42,634 nucleotides of DNA from an uncultured Gammaproteobacteria bacterium (GCA_964457305.1 CAYWEH010000003.1:13908-56541), one strand, 5' to 3'. Shown: positions 23,947 through 31,971, counted from the stretch's first letter. The notes: generated by a model from the sequence alone, not told the origin. Made by a program: numbers and translations.

Positions 23947-24977
23947 AACCAGTTCGCCTCGCCATCAACGGTTTCGGTCGGATCGGCCGCCTCGCCTTGC
24001 GCGCCGGCCTGGCCAACCGGCAGCTCGCCTTCGTCGCGATCAATGACATCACGGACACCAAAACGAACGCGCACCTCCTGCGATTCGATTCGGTACACGG
24101 CCAGTTGGCTGAACCGGTGGTCGCGTTGAAAAACGCCATCCGCGTTGGCCGTCGAACCGTCAAGGTCCTTTCAGAAAAAAACCCGGCCAAACTGCCCTGG
24201 AAGAAACTCCGCATTGACGTGGTGCTCGAGTGCACCGGCCTCTTTACCGAAAAGGCGAAAGCGTCTTGGCACCTGGCCGCTGGGGCAAAGCGGGTCGTGG
24301 TCTCGGCGCCTTCGGATGATGCGGACGTCACCATCGTGCGGGGAGTGAACGACGCCATGTTCGATCCGCGGCAGCGGGTCATTTCCAGCGCGTCCTGCAC
24401 CACGAACTCCCTCTCCCCGGTGGTGTTCGTCCTGGACAAGGCCTTCGGCGTCGTCCGCGGCTTTATGAATACGGTGCACGCCTATACCAACGATCAGCGT
24501 ATTCTTGATTTTCCGCATACGGATTTGCGCCGGGCGCGGGCGGCAGCGCTCTCTATCATTCCGACGACGACCGGTGCGACCAAGGCCGTCGCCAAAACCC
24601 TGCCGCACCTGACCGGCAAACTGAACGGCATTTCCCTTCGCGTGCCGACGCCGTGCGGGTCCATCACTGATTTCGTCTGCCTCGTCCGGAAGGCGCCCAA
24701 AGATGCGAAGCAGGTGAACGCGAAGCTCAAGCGTGCGGCCGCAACCTTCTTGAAGGGAATTCTTGAGTACTCGGAACTCCCATTGGTTTCGGCGGACATC
24801 ATCGGCAACGCGCACTCGGCGATTGTCGACGGGCTGTCCACGCAAGTGAACGGCTCGCTGGTGCGGGTATTAGCGTGGTACGATAATGAATGGGGCTACG
24901 CGAATCGGCTCATCGAACTGGCGGCCCAGTTGGGACAGTCTGCGATTCCAAACCTGCGAAGGAGGGGGGTGACATAA
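23943..24977 (+). CDS. gap: Glyceraldehyde-3-phosphate dehydrogenase
   Basis: INGFGRIGR, the SASCTTNSL active site, and WYDNEWGY. ATGA overlap with fba. Confidence 0.95.
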   Translation: MKPVRLAINGFGRIGRLALRAGLANRQLAFVAINDITDTKTNAHLLRFDSVHGQLAEPVVALKNAIRVGRRTVKVLSEKNPAKLPWKKLRIDVVLECTGLFTEKAKASWHLAAGAKRVVVSAPSDDADVTIVRGVNDAMFDPRQRVISSASCTTNSLSPVVFVLDKAFGVVRGFMNTVHAYTNDQRILDFPHTDLRRARAAALSIIPTTTGATKAVAKTLPHLTGKLNGISLRVPTPCGSITDFVCLVRKAPKDAKQVNAKLKRAAATFLKGILEYSELPLVSADIIGNAHSAIVDGLSTQVNGSLVRVLAWYDNEWGYANRLIELAAQLGQSAIPNLRRRGVT

Positions 24978-24978
24978 T

Positions 24979-25158
24979 GTGCTTTCACTAACGAATAAAG
25001 TTCTCTCCAAAGCGTTCTTCTGGTTCGGGTTTCTCATGGGGATGTTCGCCTTGATCACCGAAGTGTACGGAACGAACATTTTTCTGACATCGGACTTCTA
25101 CTTGCAATTTGGCGTTTTCGGAATGCTCGGATCTATCGCCACGCGGCATTGGGAATAA
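24979..25158 (+). CDS. Candidate 59-aa two-TM membrane protein (below the ORF-track cutoff)
   Basis: A GTG start lies 9 nt after the GGAGGGGGG at the gap 3' end. Translation is VLSLTNKVLSKAFFWFGFLMGMFALITEVYGTNIFLTSDFYLQFGVFGMLGSIATRHWE, with two hydrophobic helices. Confidence 0.4.
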   Translation: MLSLTNKVLSKAFFWFGFLMGMFALITEVYGTNIFLTSDFYLQFGVFGMLGSIATRHWE

Positions 25159-25160
25159 CC

Positions 25161-25189
25161 TTGCCTTCCCAGCACGCCTTTGGTACAGT
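25161..25189 (+). promoter_or_regulatory. Putative promoter upstream of the tRNA-Glu locus
   Basis: TTGCCT (25161-25166), a 17-nt spacer, then TACAGT (25184-25189). Confidence 0.35.
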
Positions 25190-25229
25190 CTGCGCCGAGG
25201 CGTGCTTCGGCATGGCGCGTCATCCGCAA

Positions 25230-25267
25230 GGCCCTATCGTCTAGTCCGGTCCAGGACGTCTGGTTCT
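25230..25267 (+). pseudogene. tRNA-Glu-like 5' half without a matching 3' half
   Basis: GGCCCTATCGTCTAGTCCGGTCCAGGACGTCTGGTTCT matches the first 38 nt of the intact tRNA-Glu at 25582 at about 30 of 38 positions. The matching stretch covers the acceptor 5' strand, the D arm and the anticodon loop up to TTCT. No complementary anticodon stem, T arm or acceptor 3' strand follows. Confidence 0.55.
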
Positions 25268-25303
25268 TCCGGCCTGAAGGCCGGACCCGGCCTTGAGGCC
25301 GGG
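25268..25303 (+). repeat. Two adjacent GC hairpins; the first is shared with the tRNA-Lys leader
   Basis: TCCGGCC-TGAA-GGCCGGA at 25268-25285 and CCCGGCC-TTGA-GGCCGGG at 25286-25303. CTTCCGGCCT[G/C]AAGGCCGGACCC also occurs at 3348-3370. Confidence 0.5.
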
Positions 25304-25318
25304 CAGCCATCCCTCTCT

Positions 25319-25606
25319 ATGTCGTGTTTCGTCTATGTTCTCGTGAATGGAGCTGGGCGATTGTATATCGGCCTGACGGAGAATGTTGCGCGTCGCTTGG
25401 CAGAGCACAATGCGGGCAATATCACCTCGACGAAAGGTCATCGGCCATATCGTCTTCTGCGCGTCGAAGCGTTCAGAACGAAAGTTGAAGCTCGAAGGAG
25501 AGAAGTCTTGCTGAAAAAATCAGGGCGATTGCGACAGGTCTTGAAAGAGCAATCGGCAGCAGGTACAGTGCCTTTTAGTACGCCGCTATCGTCTAGGCCG
25601 GTCTAG
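25319..25606 (+). CDS. Small GIY-YIG (URI/YhbQ-like) nuclease-domain protein
   Basis: The internal Met of track ORF 25109..25606 gives MSCFVYVLVNGAGRLYIGLTENVARRLAEHNAG...EARRRE, the GIY-YIG core. No obvious Shine-Dalgarno. The last 25 nt overlap tRNA-Glu. Confidence 0.7.
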   Translation: MSCFVYVLVNGAGRLYIGLTENVARRLAEHNAGNITSTKGHRPYRLLRVEAFRTKVEARRREVLLKKSGRLRQVLKEQSAAGTVPFSTPLSSRPV

Positions 25607-25656
25607 GACACATGGTTCTCAGCCATGGAACCCGGGTTCAAATCCCGGTGGCGGTA
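25582..25656 (+). tRNA. tRNA-Glu (anticodon CUC)
   Basis: Hand-folded: GCCGCTA/TGGCGGT acceptor with two G:U pairs, a Glu-type D arm (TCGTCTAGGCCGGTCTAGGAC), CATGG-TTCTCAG-CCATG anticodon arm, and CCGGG-TTCAAAT-CCCGG T arm. Confidence 0.8.
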
Positions 25657-25756
25657 TAAGACCCGTGATTGTCAGCGCGGGTTCTTTCGAGGAGGCGCCG
25701 CATTGCCTTGCACCCGTTTTTTTGGTATCCTTGGATTGGAGGCATCATCCACCACT

Positions 25757-26296
25757 ATGAAACGTACTCTCATCATTTCCATCGTCGTCTTACTCATTTT
25801 GGTCATCGTTGGCGGTTTTTCCGTGTTGTTTTTTTCAAAGAAGACGTCAACCAAAAATAATTCCTCAAATACCGGGACGGTCGCGACAAATGAGAGTACA
25901 AACGCCCCCGAACGAGTCATTCTTACCCGTGAGGAGAAGGGAAACATCGACGTGAATGCGTCGTTGAGTTATAAGAGCGTCGAGGTGAAAATCCTGAACG
26001 CGGCGGAACTCGATGAATTTCATGGTCAACGCCCGAAGGCCGGGAATAAGTTCGTTCTCCTGTTCACGGCGCCGGTGCAGAGTGCCACGAGCGATCCCAG
26101 TGACTGGATCGGTCGCGAGGGGAAAATCGTTTCCTCGACCGGCAACGCTTACCCGATTCTCGAATCGCAGATCGTCGGGGAAGGAGCGAATGTGAATACC
26201 GGCTATCTCTGGTTTGAGACGAAGAACGACGACCACAACTTCCGTCTCGTCTTCTCAACCAAAGAGCAGGAAGCGTCAGTCCAACTCGGTTTCTAG
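25757..26296 (+). CDS. Membrane-anchored extracytoplasmic protein, DUF4352-like
   Basis: The start MKRTLIISIVVLLILVIVGG is a signal anchor. An S/T/N-rich linker and a beta-rich domain (GNKFVLLF...GYLWFE) follow. Confidence 0.55.
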   Translation: MKRTLIISIVVLLILVIVGGFSVLFFSKKTSTKNNSSNTGTVATNESTNAPERVILTREEKGNIDVNASLSYKSVEVKILNAAELDEFHGQRPKAGNKFVLLFTAPVQSATSDPSDWIGREGKIVSSTGNAYPILESQIVGEGANVNTGYLWFETKNDDHNFRLVFSTKEQEASVQLGF

Positions 26297-26333
26297 CGCG
26301 TCGTCGGCACCGTCCCCGTAATCGGCACTCGTC

Positions 26334-27455
26334 ATGCGGATTGGTATTGTCACCCAGTCGTTTTACCCAGCGCGTGGTGGCGTTTCCGAGAACGCGCTCC
26401 ACACCGCCTTGGAACTCCAACGCCGCGGGCACGAGGTTACGGTCATCACCACACGGTTTACGCCATTCGACGACGACCGCGGGCTTGACGTCCGCCGCAT
26501 CGGCCACAACATTGCCATCCCGGCCAACGGCGCTTTTGTCAATGTGACGATTGGTCGGCATCTGGGCAGACAGATCAAGGCGATTGAACGCGAGCGGCGG
26601 TTTGACGTCGTGCAGATTCATTCGGCACTCGAACCCATTCTCCCGCTGGTAGCGGCCAATGCCATCGTTGCGCCCAAGGTTGGACTGTTTCATACTTACG
26701 TGAGTTCCGGTCGTGTTTTTCCCTATGATGTTCTGGGCGGCCCGCTCCGGAAATATGCGAACCGTCTGACCGTGCGAGCCGCCGTGTCCGAGGCGGCCCG
26801 GGGATTCATCAGCAGTTATTTCCCGGGCGAGTATCGCATCGTGCCGAACGGGGTTGACATCCGACGCTTTGCCCCGGACCGGGCGCCGGTGGCCAAGCAC
26901 CAGGGGCCGGATTTCAAGGTCGCCTTCGTTGGACGGATGGATCCGCGGAAAGGCCTGCGGCACTTGCTCAAGGCGTTTCCCCGCATCAGCGAACAGATTG
27001 GGTCAGTCCGGCTGGTGGTGGTTGGCGGCGGCATTCTCTTGCCGTATTTTAAGCGGGCGCTGCCCGCGGCCTACCGTTCCAAGGTGTTCTTTGAGGGGTA
27101 TGTGCCGGCCCAGGATTTACCGGGCTACTATGCGGCGGCCGACGTGGTGGTGTCGCCGGCGCTCGGGGGCGAGAGCTTCGGCATTGTTCTTTTGGAAGCC
27201 CTAGCGTCGGGCAAGGCCCTCGTGGCCTCGAATATTCCCGGGTATAATGCGCTCATCGAGCATGAGCGAGACGGTCTTTTGGTCCCGGCAAAAAACAGCC
27301 CTGCCATTGCGGATGCCGCCGTTCGTTTGTACCAGAATCCAGGTTTACGTCAATCGCTTGGTCAGCATGGCCGGGAAAAGGCCCTCCGATTCTCGTGGGA
27401 ACGGGTCACGGATACCCTGGAAACGGCCTTTCAGGATGCGGTTCGACCAGCCTGA
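26334..27455 (+). CDS. Glycosyltransferase family 4 (GT-B)
   Basis: MRIGIVTQSFYPARGGVSE N-terminus and the C-terminal ESFGIVLLEALASGKALVASNIPG motif. Confidence 0.85.
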   Translation: MRIGIVTQSFYPARGGVSENALHTALELQRRGHEVTVITTRFTPFDDDRGLDVRRIGHNIAIPANGAFVNVTIGRHLGRQIKAIERERRFDVVQIHSALEPILPLVAANAIVAPKVGLFHTYVSSGRVFPYDVLGGPLRKYANRLTVRAAVSEAARGFISSYFPGEYRIVPNGVDIRRFAPDRAPVAKHQGPDFKVAFVGRMDPRKGLRHLLKAFPRISEQIGSVRLVVVGGGILLPYFKRALPAAYRSKVFFEGYVPAQDLPGYYAAADVVVSPALGGESFGIVLLEALASGKALVASNIPGYNALIEHERDGLLVPAKNSPAIADAAVRLYQNPGLRQSLGQHGREKALRFSWERVTDTLETAFQDAVRPA

Positions 27456-27466
27456 CCCGGGGGGTC

Positions 27467-27495
27467 TTGACACCTCGAAAAAATGCCTGTATGGT
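27467..27495 (+). promoter_or_regulatory. Sigma70-like promoter of the heat-shock operon
   Basis: TTGACA (27467-27472), a 17-nt spacer, then TATGGT (27490-27495). Confidence 0.65.
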
Positions 27496-27500
27496 AGAAA

Positions 27501-27527
27501 TTAGCAGTCTCGAGCTATGACTGCTAA
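27501..27527 (+). promoter_or_regulatory. CIRCE operator (HrcA binding site), variant arms
   Basis: TTAGCAGTC-N9-GACTGCTAA is a perfect 9-bp inverted repeat. It differs from the consensus TTAGCACTC-N9-GAGTGCTAA by one compensatory position per arm. Confidence 0.8.
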
Positions 27528-28254
27528 TTCTATGGAAGCCCTCGATGAACGACAACAGGCCCTCCTGACGACCTTGATTCAGGAGTACATCAAAACCGCG
27601 ACCCCCGTGGCTTCGCAGGCCTTGGTCGGGAAAGCGGGTGTGCGAGTATCGCCCGCGACCATTCGCAATGAATTGTTGGATTTGGAGCACGCCGGACTGC
27701 TGGAACAACCATACACGTCCGCCGGCCGGATTCCGACCGTCGCTGCCTGGCGGCTGTACATTGAGGACGTACGACGGAAAGCGAGCACCGCGGGTGCGCC
27801 GACGGGAGAGACCGCGGTAAAGCTTCGGCAGACATTGCAGCATCGGCGGGCCGACCCGGAACAACTCCTGAAAGAGTTCGCCAAAGCCCTGGCCGACGTG
27901 TTCGATGAGGCGGTCATCGTCGGGTTTTCGCCCCGCGACGTCTACTACACTGGCCTATCGCATCTTTTTCGCCAGCCAGAGTTTCACGAGGTGCACGTGG
28001 TCGTGGAAATTTCCGAGCTCGTGGATCGTCTCGATGAGATTGTGGCCGCGTTGTATCCGCACCTGAACGATGAGATCACCGTTCTCCTCGGCGAGGAAAA
28101 TCCCCTGGGCGATGCCTGTAGTTTGATGGTGACCCGATACGCAGTGCCCAAGCGCGCCGCCGGCCTGATGGCCGTCCTGGGACCAATTCGTCAGGCCTAC
28201 GAAGCGCACTTGCCGATGCTTGCCTACGCGCAGCAGCTCTTACGCACGATCTGA
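27517..28254 (+). CDS. hrcA: Heat-inducible transcription repressor HrcA (short form)
   Basis: LDERQQALLTTLIQEYIKTATPVASQAL...ATIRNELLDLEHAGLLEQPYTSAGRIPT. The first ATG lies inside CIRCE, so the second ATG at 27532 is an equally plausible start. Confidence 0.85.
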   Translation: MTANSMEALDERQQALLTTLIQEYIKTATPVASQALVGKAGVRVSPATIRNELLDLEHAGLLEQPYTSAGRIPTVAAWRLYIEDVRRKASTAGAPTGETAVKLRQTLQHRRADPEQLLKEFAKALADVFDEAVIVGFSPRDVYYTGLSHLFRQPEFHEVHVVVEISELVDRLDEIVAALYPHLNDEITVLLGEENPLGDACSLMVTRYAVPKRAAGLMAVLGPIRQAYEAHLPMLAYAQQLLRTI

Positions 28255-28257
28255 ACT

Positions 28258-28749
28258 ATGGACGCGCCCGCCCCCCAGCCACCGAAATCACCGGCACCGG
28301 AAACGGACGTGCCGAAATTGCGGCGCCAGGCCGACGAGTACTTACAAGGCTGGCAGCGCGCCAAGGCGGACTACCTCAATTTGAAAAAACAAGCCGAGCG
28401 CGAAAAGGAAGAGATGGTCCAGTTCGCAAACGCAGCGCTCTTGCTTCAACTCCTGCCCATCTACGATCATTTCAAACGCGCCCTTGAGCACGTGCCTGAA
28501 GACGCCCGGCAGACCGAGTGGGTGAAGGGCGTCGGGCACATTCGTGGCCAGTTCCAGAGCTTTTTTAAAACCCTCGGTATCGAGGAAATCCCGACCGTGA
28601 ACCAACTCTTCGACCCGGGCCAGCACGAAGCCGTTGCCCGCGCGAAGCAAGACGGCGTCGCTCCGGACACCGTGCTCGAAGAGCTCGCCACCGGGTTCAC
28701 CTTCCGCGGCAAGGTCTTGATCCCCGCCAAGGTGAAAGTGAGTGAATAG
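28258..28749 (+). CDS. grpE: Nucleotide exchange factor GrpE
   Basis: YLQGWQRAKADYLNLKKQAEREKEE coiled coil and the C-terminal FDPGQHEAV...GKVLIPAKVKV. Confidence 0.9.
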   Translation: MDAPAPQPPKSPAPETDVPKLRRQADEYLQGWQRAKADYLNLKKQAEREKEEMVQFANAALLLQLLPIYDHFKRALEHVPEDARQTEWVKGVGHIRGQFQSFFKTLGIEEIPTVNQLFDPGQHEAVARAKQDGVAPDTVLEELATGFTFRGKVLIPAKVKVSE

Positions 28750-28784
28750 AATTAATCGAGCGTTACGCTCAAAGGAGAAAAAGT

Positions 28785-29198
28785 ATGGCCCTCATTAAGT
28801 GGACACCGTTTGACAGCATGATGGACGAGTTCTTCGACGGCGGCCGCTGGCCGACCAGGCGCGGTCACGCTTTCGCCCCGGCGATGGACGTCTACGAGGA
28901 CAAGGACAACATCGTGGTCGAAGCGCCGATTGCCGGCGTCAAACCGGAGGACGTGAACGTCGAAGTTGAGGACAATATCCTCACGGTCTCTGGCCAGGTC
29001 GAGCACAAGTCCGAAGTGGACGAGAAGAACTACTACCGCCAGGAAGTCCGCGCCGGCTCGTTCTTCCGCGCGGTCGCTTTGCCGAAGCCGGTCAAGGGTG
29101 ACCAGGCGAACGCGACCTTCGAGAATGGGGTCTTGAAAATCACGATCCCCAAGGCCGAAGAAGCCAAGCCGAAGAAAATCGCGATCAAGGTGAAGTAA
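28785..29198 (+). CDS. Small heat-shock protein (Hsp20/alpha-crystallin)
   Basis: PAMDVYEDKDNIVVEAPIAGVKPEDVNVEVEDNILTVSG...GSFFRAVALP...ENGVLKITIPK. Confidence 0.9.
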   Translation: MALIKWTPFDSMMDEFFDGGRWPTRRGHAFAPAMDVYEDKDNIVVEAPIAGVKPEDVNVEVEDNILTVSGQVEHKSEVDEKNYYRQEVRAGSFFRAVALPKPVKGDQANATFENGVLKITIPKAEEAKPKKIAIKVK

Positions 29199-29212
29199 CA
29201 TTTCCGGGTCGT

Positions 29213-29264
29213 CTGACCGGTTGTCGGTCAGGCGGCTTCTGGGGAGTCCCGCCCTTCGGCGGGA
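29213..29264 (+). other. Two hairpins after hsp20 (weak terminator or RNA-stability elements)
   Basis: CTGACCG-GTTGT-CGGTCAG at 29213-29231 and TCCCGCC-CTTC-GGCGGGA at 29247-29264. Neither is followed by a T tract. Confidence 0.3.
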
Positions 29265-29291
29265 TTGCCCAGGAGTCAATCTCTTTAAACT

Positions 29292-29636
29292 ATGGCAAGT
29301 CTCTTCAGTGGTGGCATGGGCAAGCGCCCGAACCTCCGGCTCGACGGCCGCTGCCCCATCTGTGACACCACGTACGATTTCCACCGCTTGAAAATCTTGG
29401 GCGAGCAAGACCAGAATCTGCTCACGTACATTGACTGTGGCCAGTGCGGCGGCGCCATCCTGTCCATTCTCACGGTCTCGCCCATGGGTTTACAAGCGAT
29501 GGGCTTGCTGACGGATCTCCAGAGCGACGAGGTGCTCGACGAGGAATCGCGTCGGATCATCACCGGCGACGACGTCCTCGACTTGCACGCCGCGCTCGAC
29601 GACGAGCAGAGCCTGCTCGATATCATTAAGAACTAA
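29292..29636 (+). CDS. Zinc-ribbon protein with acidic C-terminus (uncharacterised)
   Basis: 114 aa. CPICDTT...17 aa...CGQCGG forms a C4 ribbon. A hydrophobic segment and a D/E-rich tail follow. It sits between hsp20 and dnaK. Confidence 0.6.
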   Translation: MASLFSGGMGKRPNLRLDGRCPICDTTYDFHRLKILGEQDQNLLTYIDCGQCGGAILSILTVSPMGLQAMGLLTDLQSDEVLDEESRRIITGDDVLDLHAALDDEQSLLDIIKN

Positions 29637-29659
29637 TTTCCGTAGAAAGGAAACGCAGT

Positions 29660-31555
29660 ATGTCAAAAATTCTCGGCATTGACCTCGGTACCACGAACTC
29701 CGCCATGGCCGTCATCGAAGGCGGCGAACCAAAAGTATTGGAAAACGCCGAAGGTAATCGTACCACGCCATCCATTGTTGCTGTTTCAAAAAATAGCGAG
29801 CGCTTGGTTGGGCTCCTGGCGAAGCGCCAAGCCGTCACCAACCCGAAGAACACGATTTATTCAGTCAAACGGTTGATTGGTCGGCGTTGGGAAGACGAAG
29901 AAGTCCAGCGTGACTTAAAGACCTTGCCCTACGATATCGTCCATGCGGGCGAAGGCGTCAAGGTGAAAATGGGCGATAAGGAATTCACCCCGCAAGAAAT
30001 TTCGGCCCAGATTCTCCAGAAACTGAAGGCTGACGCCGAAGCGAAGCTCGGTGTGAAGATTACTGAAGCGGTCATCACCGTGCCAGCCTACTTCGATGAC
30101 GCACAGCGGCAAGCCACGAAAGACGCGGGCAAAATCGCCGGCTTTGACGTGAAGCGCATTGTGAACGAGCCGACCGCGGCCGCCCTCGCCTACGGCTTCA
30201 ACAAGAAGAAAGACGAGAAGATCGCGGTCTTTGACCTTGGCGGCGGCACCTTTGACATCTCCATTCTCGAAGTATCCCAGGATACGGTCGAAGTGAAATC
30301 CACGAACGGCGATACGCACTTGGGCGGCGATGACTTTGACCAAGTCATCATGCATTGGATTTTGGAAGAGTTCAAAAAGCAAGAGGGGATTGATTTGTCC
30401 CAAGACCAGTTCGCGCTGCAGCGCATCAAGGAAGCGGCGGAGAAAGGGAAGATCGAGTTGTCCACCGCGCAGGAAACGGAAATCAACCAGCCGTTCATTA
30501 CTTCGGGTTCGTCAGGCCCGAAGCACCTGGTCATGAAGATGACGCGGCCAAAGCTCGAGGAACTGGTTGCGGATTTGATCGAAAAGACCCTTGAGCCAAC
30601 AAAGAAAGCTTTGGCAGATGCGAAGCTCACGACCAGCGACATCAACGAAGTCATTTTAGTGGGCGGCATGACCCGCATGCCAAAGGTCATTGAGACGGTA
30701 GAGACATTCTTCGGCAAGAAGCCGAACATCTCGGTCAACCCGGATGAAGTCGTGGCGGTCGGCGCAGCGGTCCAGGCCGGGATTTTGCAGGGCGAAGTGA
30801 AAGACGTGCTCTTACTCGATGTCACGCCGTTGACCTTGGGTTTGGAAACTTTGGGTGGCGTCTTGACTCCGTTGATTGAGCGCAACACAACCATCCCAAC
30901 CTCGAAATCCCAGACATTCTCGACCGCGGCAGACAGTCAAACGTCCGTGGAAATCCACGTGCTCCAAGGCGAGCGGCCCATGGCCGGAGATAACAAGACG
31001 CTCGGCCGGTTTATCCTTGACGGCATTCCGCCAGCGCCTCGCGGCGTGCCGCAAGTCGAAGTCAGTTTCGACATTGATGCGAACGGCATCTTGGACGTGA
31101 AAGCGAAGGACAAGGCGACGAACAAGGAGCAGTCCATCCGCATTACTGCGTCTTCTGGACTGTCAAAAGAAGAAGTTGAGAAAATGCGCAAAGAAGCGGA
31201 AATGCACGCCGGCGAAGATGCCAAGAAGAAGGAGCTCATTGAAGCGCGGAACCTGGCGGAAACCATGATGTACACCGCGGAGAAAGCCTTGAAAGACGCT
31301 GGGGACAAAGTGAAGCCGGAGGTCAAGCGTGAAGTGGAAGACAAGATCACGGCCGTGAAAGGCGTCAAGGACAAAGACGACAAAGCGGCGATTGAGACTG
31401 CGGCCAAAGCCTTGAGCGACGCCATGCAGAAAATTGGCAGCGCGATGTATCAGGAAGGAAGTCAGAAGTCGGATGTCGGAGGTCAGAAATCAGGTGGTGA
31501 TGAATCTAAGAAGGACAAGGGTCCAGTTGACGCGGAGTTTAAGGAGAAGAAGTGA
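29660..31555 (+). CDS. dnaK: Chaperone DnaK (Hsp70)
   Basis: [17 protein letters not shown], and full length at 631 aa. Confidence 0.97.
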   Translation: MSKILGIDLGTTNSAMAVIEGGEPKVLENAEGNRTTPSIVAVSKNSERLVGLLAKRQAVTNPKNTIYSVKRLIGRRWEDEEVQRDLKTLPYDIVHAGEGVKVKMGDKEFTPQEISAQILQKLKADAEAKLGVKITEAVITVPAYFDDAQRQATKDAGKIAGFDVKRIVNEPTAAALAYGFNKKKDEKIAVFDLGGGTFDISILEVSQDTVEVKSTNGDTHLGGDDFDQVIMHWILEEFKKQEGIDLSQDQFALQRIKEAAEKGKIELSTAQETEINQPFITSGSSGPKHLVMKMTRPKLEELVADLIEKTLEPTKKALADAKLTTSDINEVILVGGMTRMPKVIETVETFFGKKPNISVNPDEVVAVGAAVQAGILQGEVKDVLLLDVTPLTLGLETLGGVLTPLIERNTTIPTSKSQTFSTAADSQTSVEIHVLQGERPMAGDNKTLGRFILDGIPPAPRGVPQVEVSFDIDANGILDVKAKDKATNKEQSIRITASSGLSKEEVEKMRKEAEMHAGEDAKKKELIEARNLAETMMYTAEKALKDAGDKVKPEVKREVEDKITAVKGVKDKDDKAAIETAAKALSDAMQKIGSAMYQEGSQKSDVGGQKSGGDESKKDKGPVDAEFKEKK

Positions 31556-31824
31556 TGCAGGCAAGTTACTTCACGGACAAAGTAGTCCCAGGGATTTTTG
31601 CGGGGTTATTTATTGCCTTTCCGCTATTGCACTCTTTCGATTGGATCGACCAAGGCGAAAGCCGCATAAGATATGAAGTGAACATTCCCGCCATTTCTGA
31701 TCAACCTCATATCGAAACAGGGGGAACCTATAACGATCTCGGGCCAGTATTTCGTAATGTTGTTTTTGCCGCTGTCTCGGGAACTGCCAATATTAATTAT
31801 GTACCCAATGTATGGAACGTATGA
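31555..31824 (+). CDS. Small hypothetical protein with N-terminal TM, AT-richer than its neighbours
   Basis: The ATG overlaps the dnaK TGA (TGATG). [25 protein letters not shown]... No family recognised. Composition looks atypical by eye. Confidence 0.45.
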   Translation: MQASYFTDKVVPGIFAGLFIAFPLLHSFDWIDQGESRIRYEVNIPAISDQPHIETGGTYNDLGPVFRNVVFAAVSGTANINYVPNVWNV

Positions 31825-31883
31825 ACAACCAACCCCAGCAACAACAACTCCAAATTAAGGCTAATCTAGCGAGTAGGCAGTAG
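31821..31883 (+). pseudogene. Truncated duplicate of the DUF3467 gene 5' end (20-codon ORF)
   Basis: ATGAACAACCAACCCCAGCAACAACAACTCCAAATTAAGGC (MNNQPQQQQLQIKA...) parallels ATGAACCAACCACAGCAACTTCAACTAAAGGC (MNQPQQLQLKA...) at 31972. Its ATG overlaps the upstream stop (ATGA). Confidence 0.55.
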
Positions 31884-31942
31884 CGGGTAGCGAGTAAAAT
31901 ACGGTCTTAGTCTACTCCCTACTCCCTACTCCCTACTCGCTA
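31867..31942. repeat. Imperfect 30-bp inverted repeat built from heptad units
   Basis: Left arm TAGCGAGTAGGCAGTAGCGGGTAGCGAGTA at 31867-31896. A 16-nt loop follows. Right arm TACTCCCTACTCCCTACTCCCTACTCGCTA at 31913-31942. 26 of 30 positions are complementary. The right arm contains TACTCCC three times in tandem. Confidence 0.75.
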
Positions 31943-31971
31943 CGAACTACTCCCTTTAACTAAAAGGACTT

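Noticed and set aside
25230-25656. Group I intron with a GIY-YIG homing endonuclease interrupting a tRNA-Glu anticodon loop.
   Set aside because: The downstream tRNA-Glu is complete on its own, and no 3' exon matching the upstream 5' half (TAGGGCC acceptor strand) is present. About 350 nt, mostly occupied by the ORF, leaves no room for a group I catalytic core.
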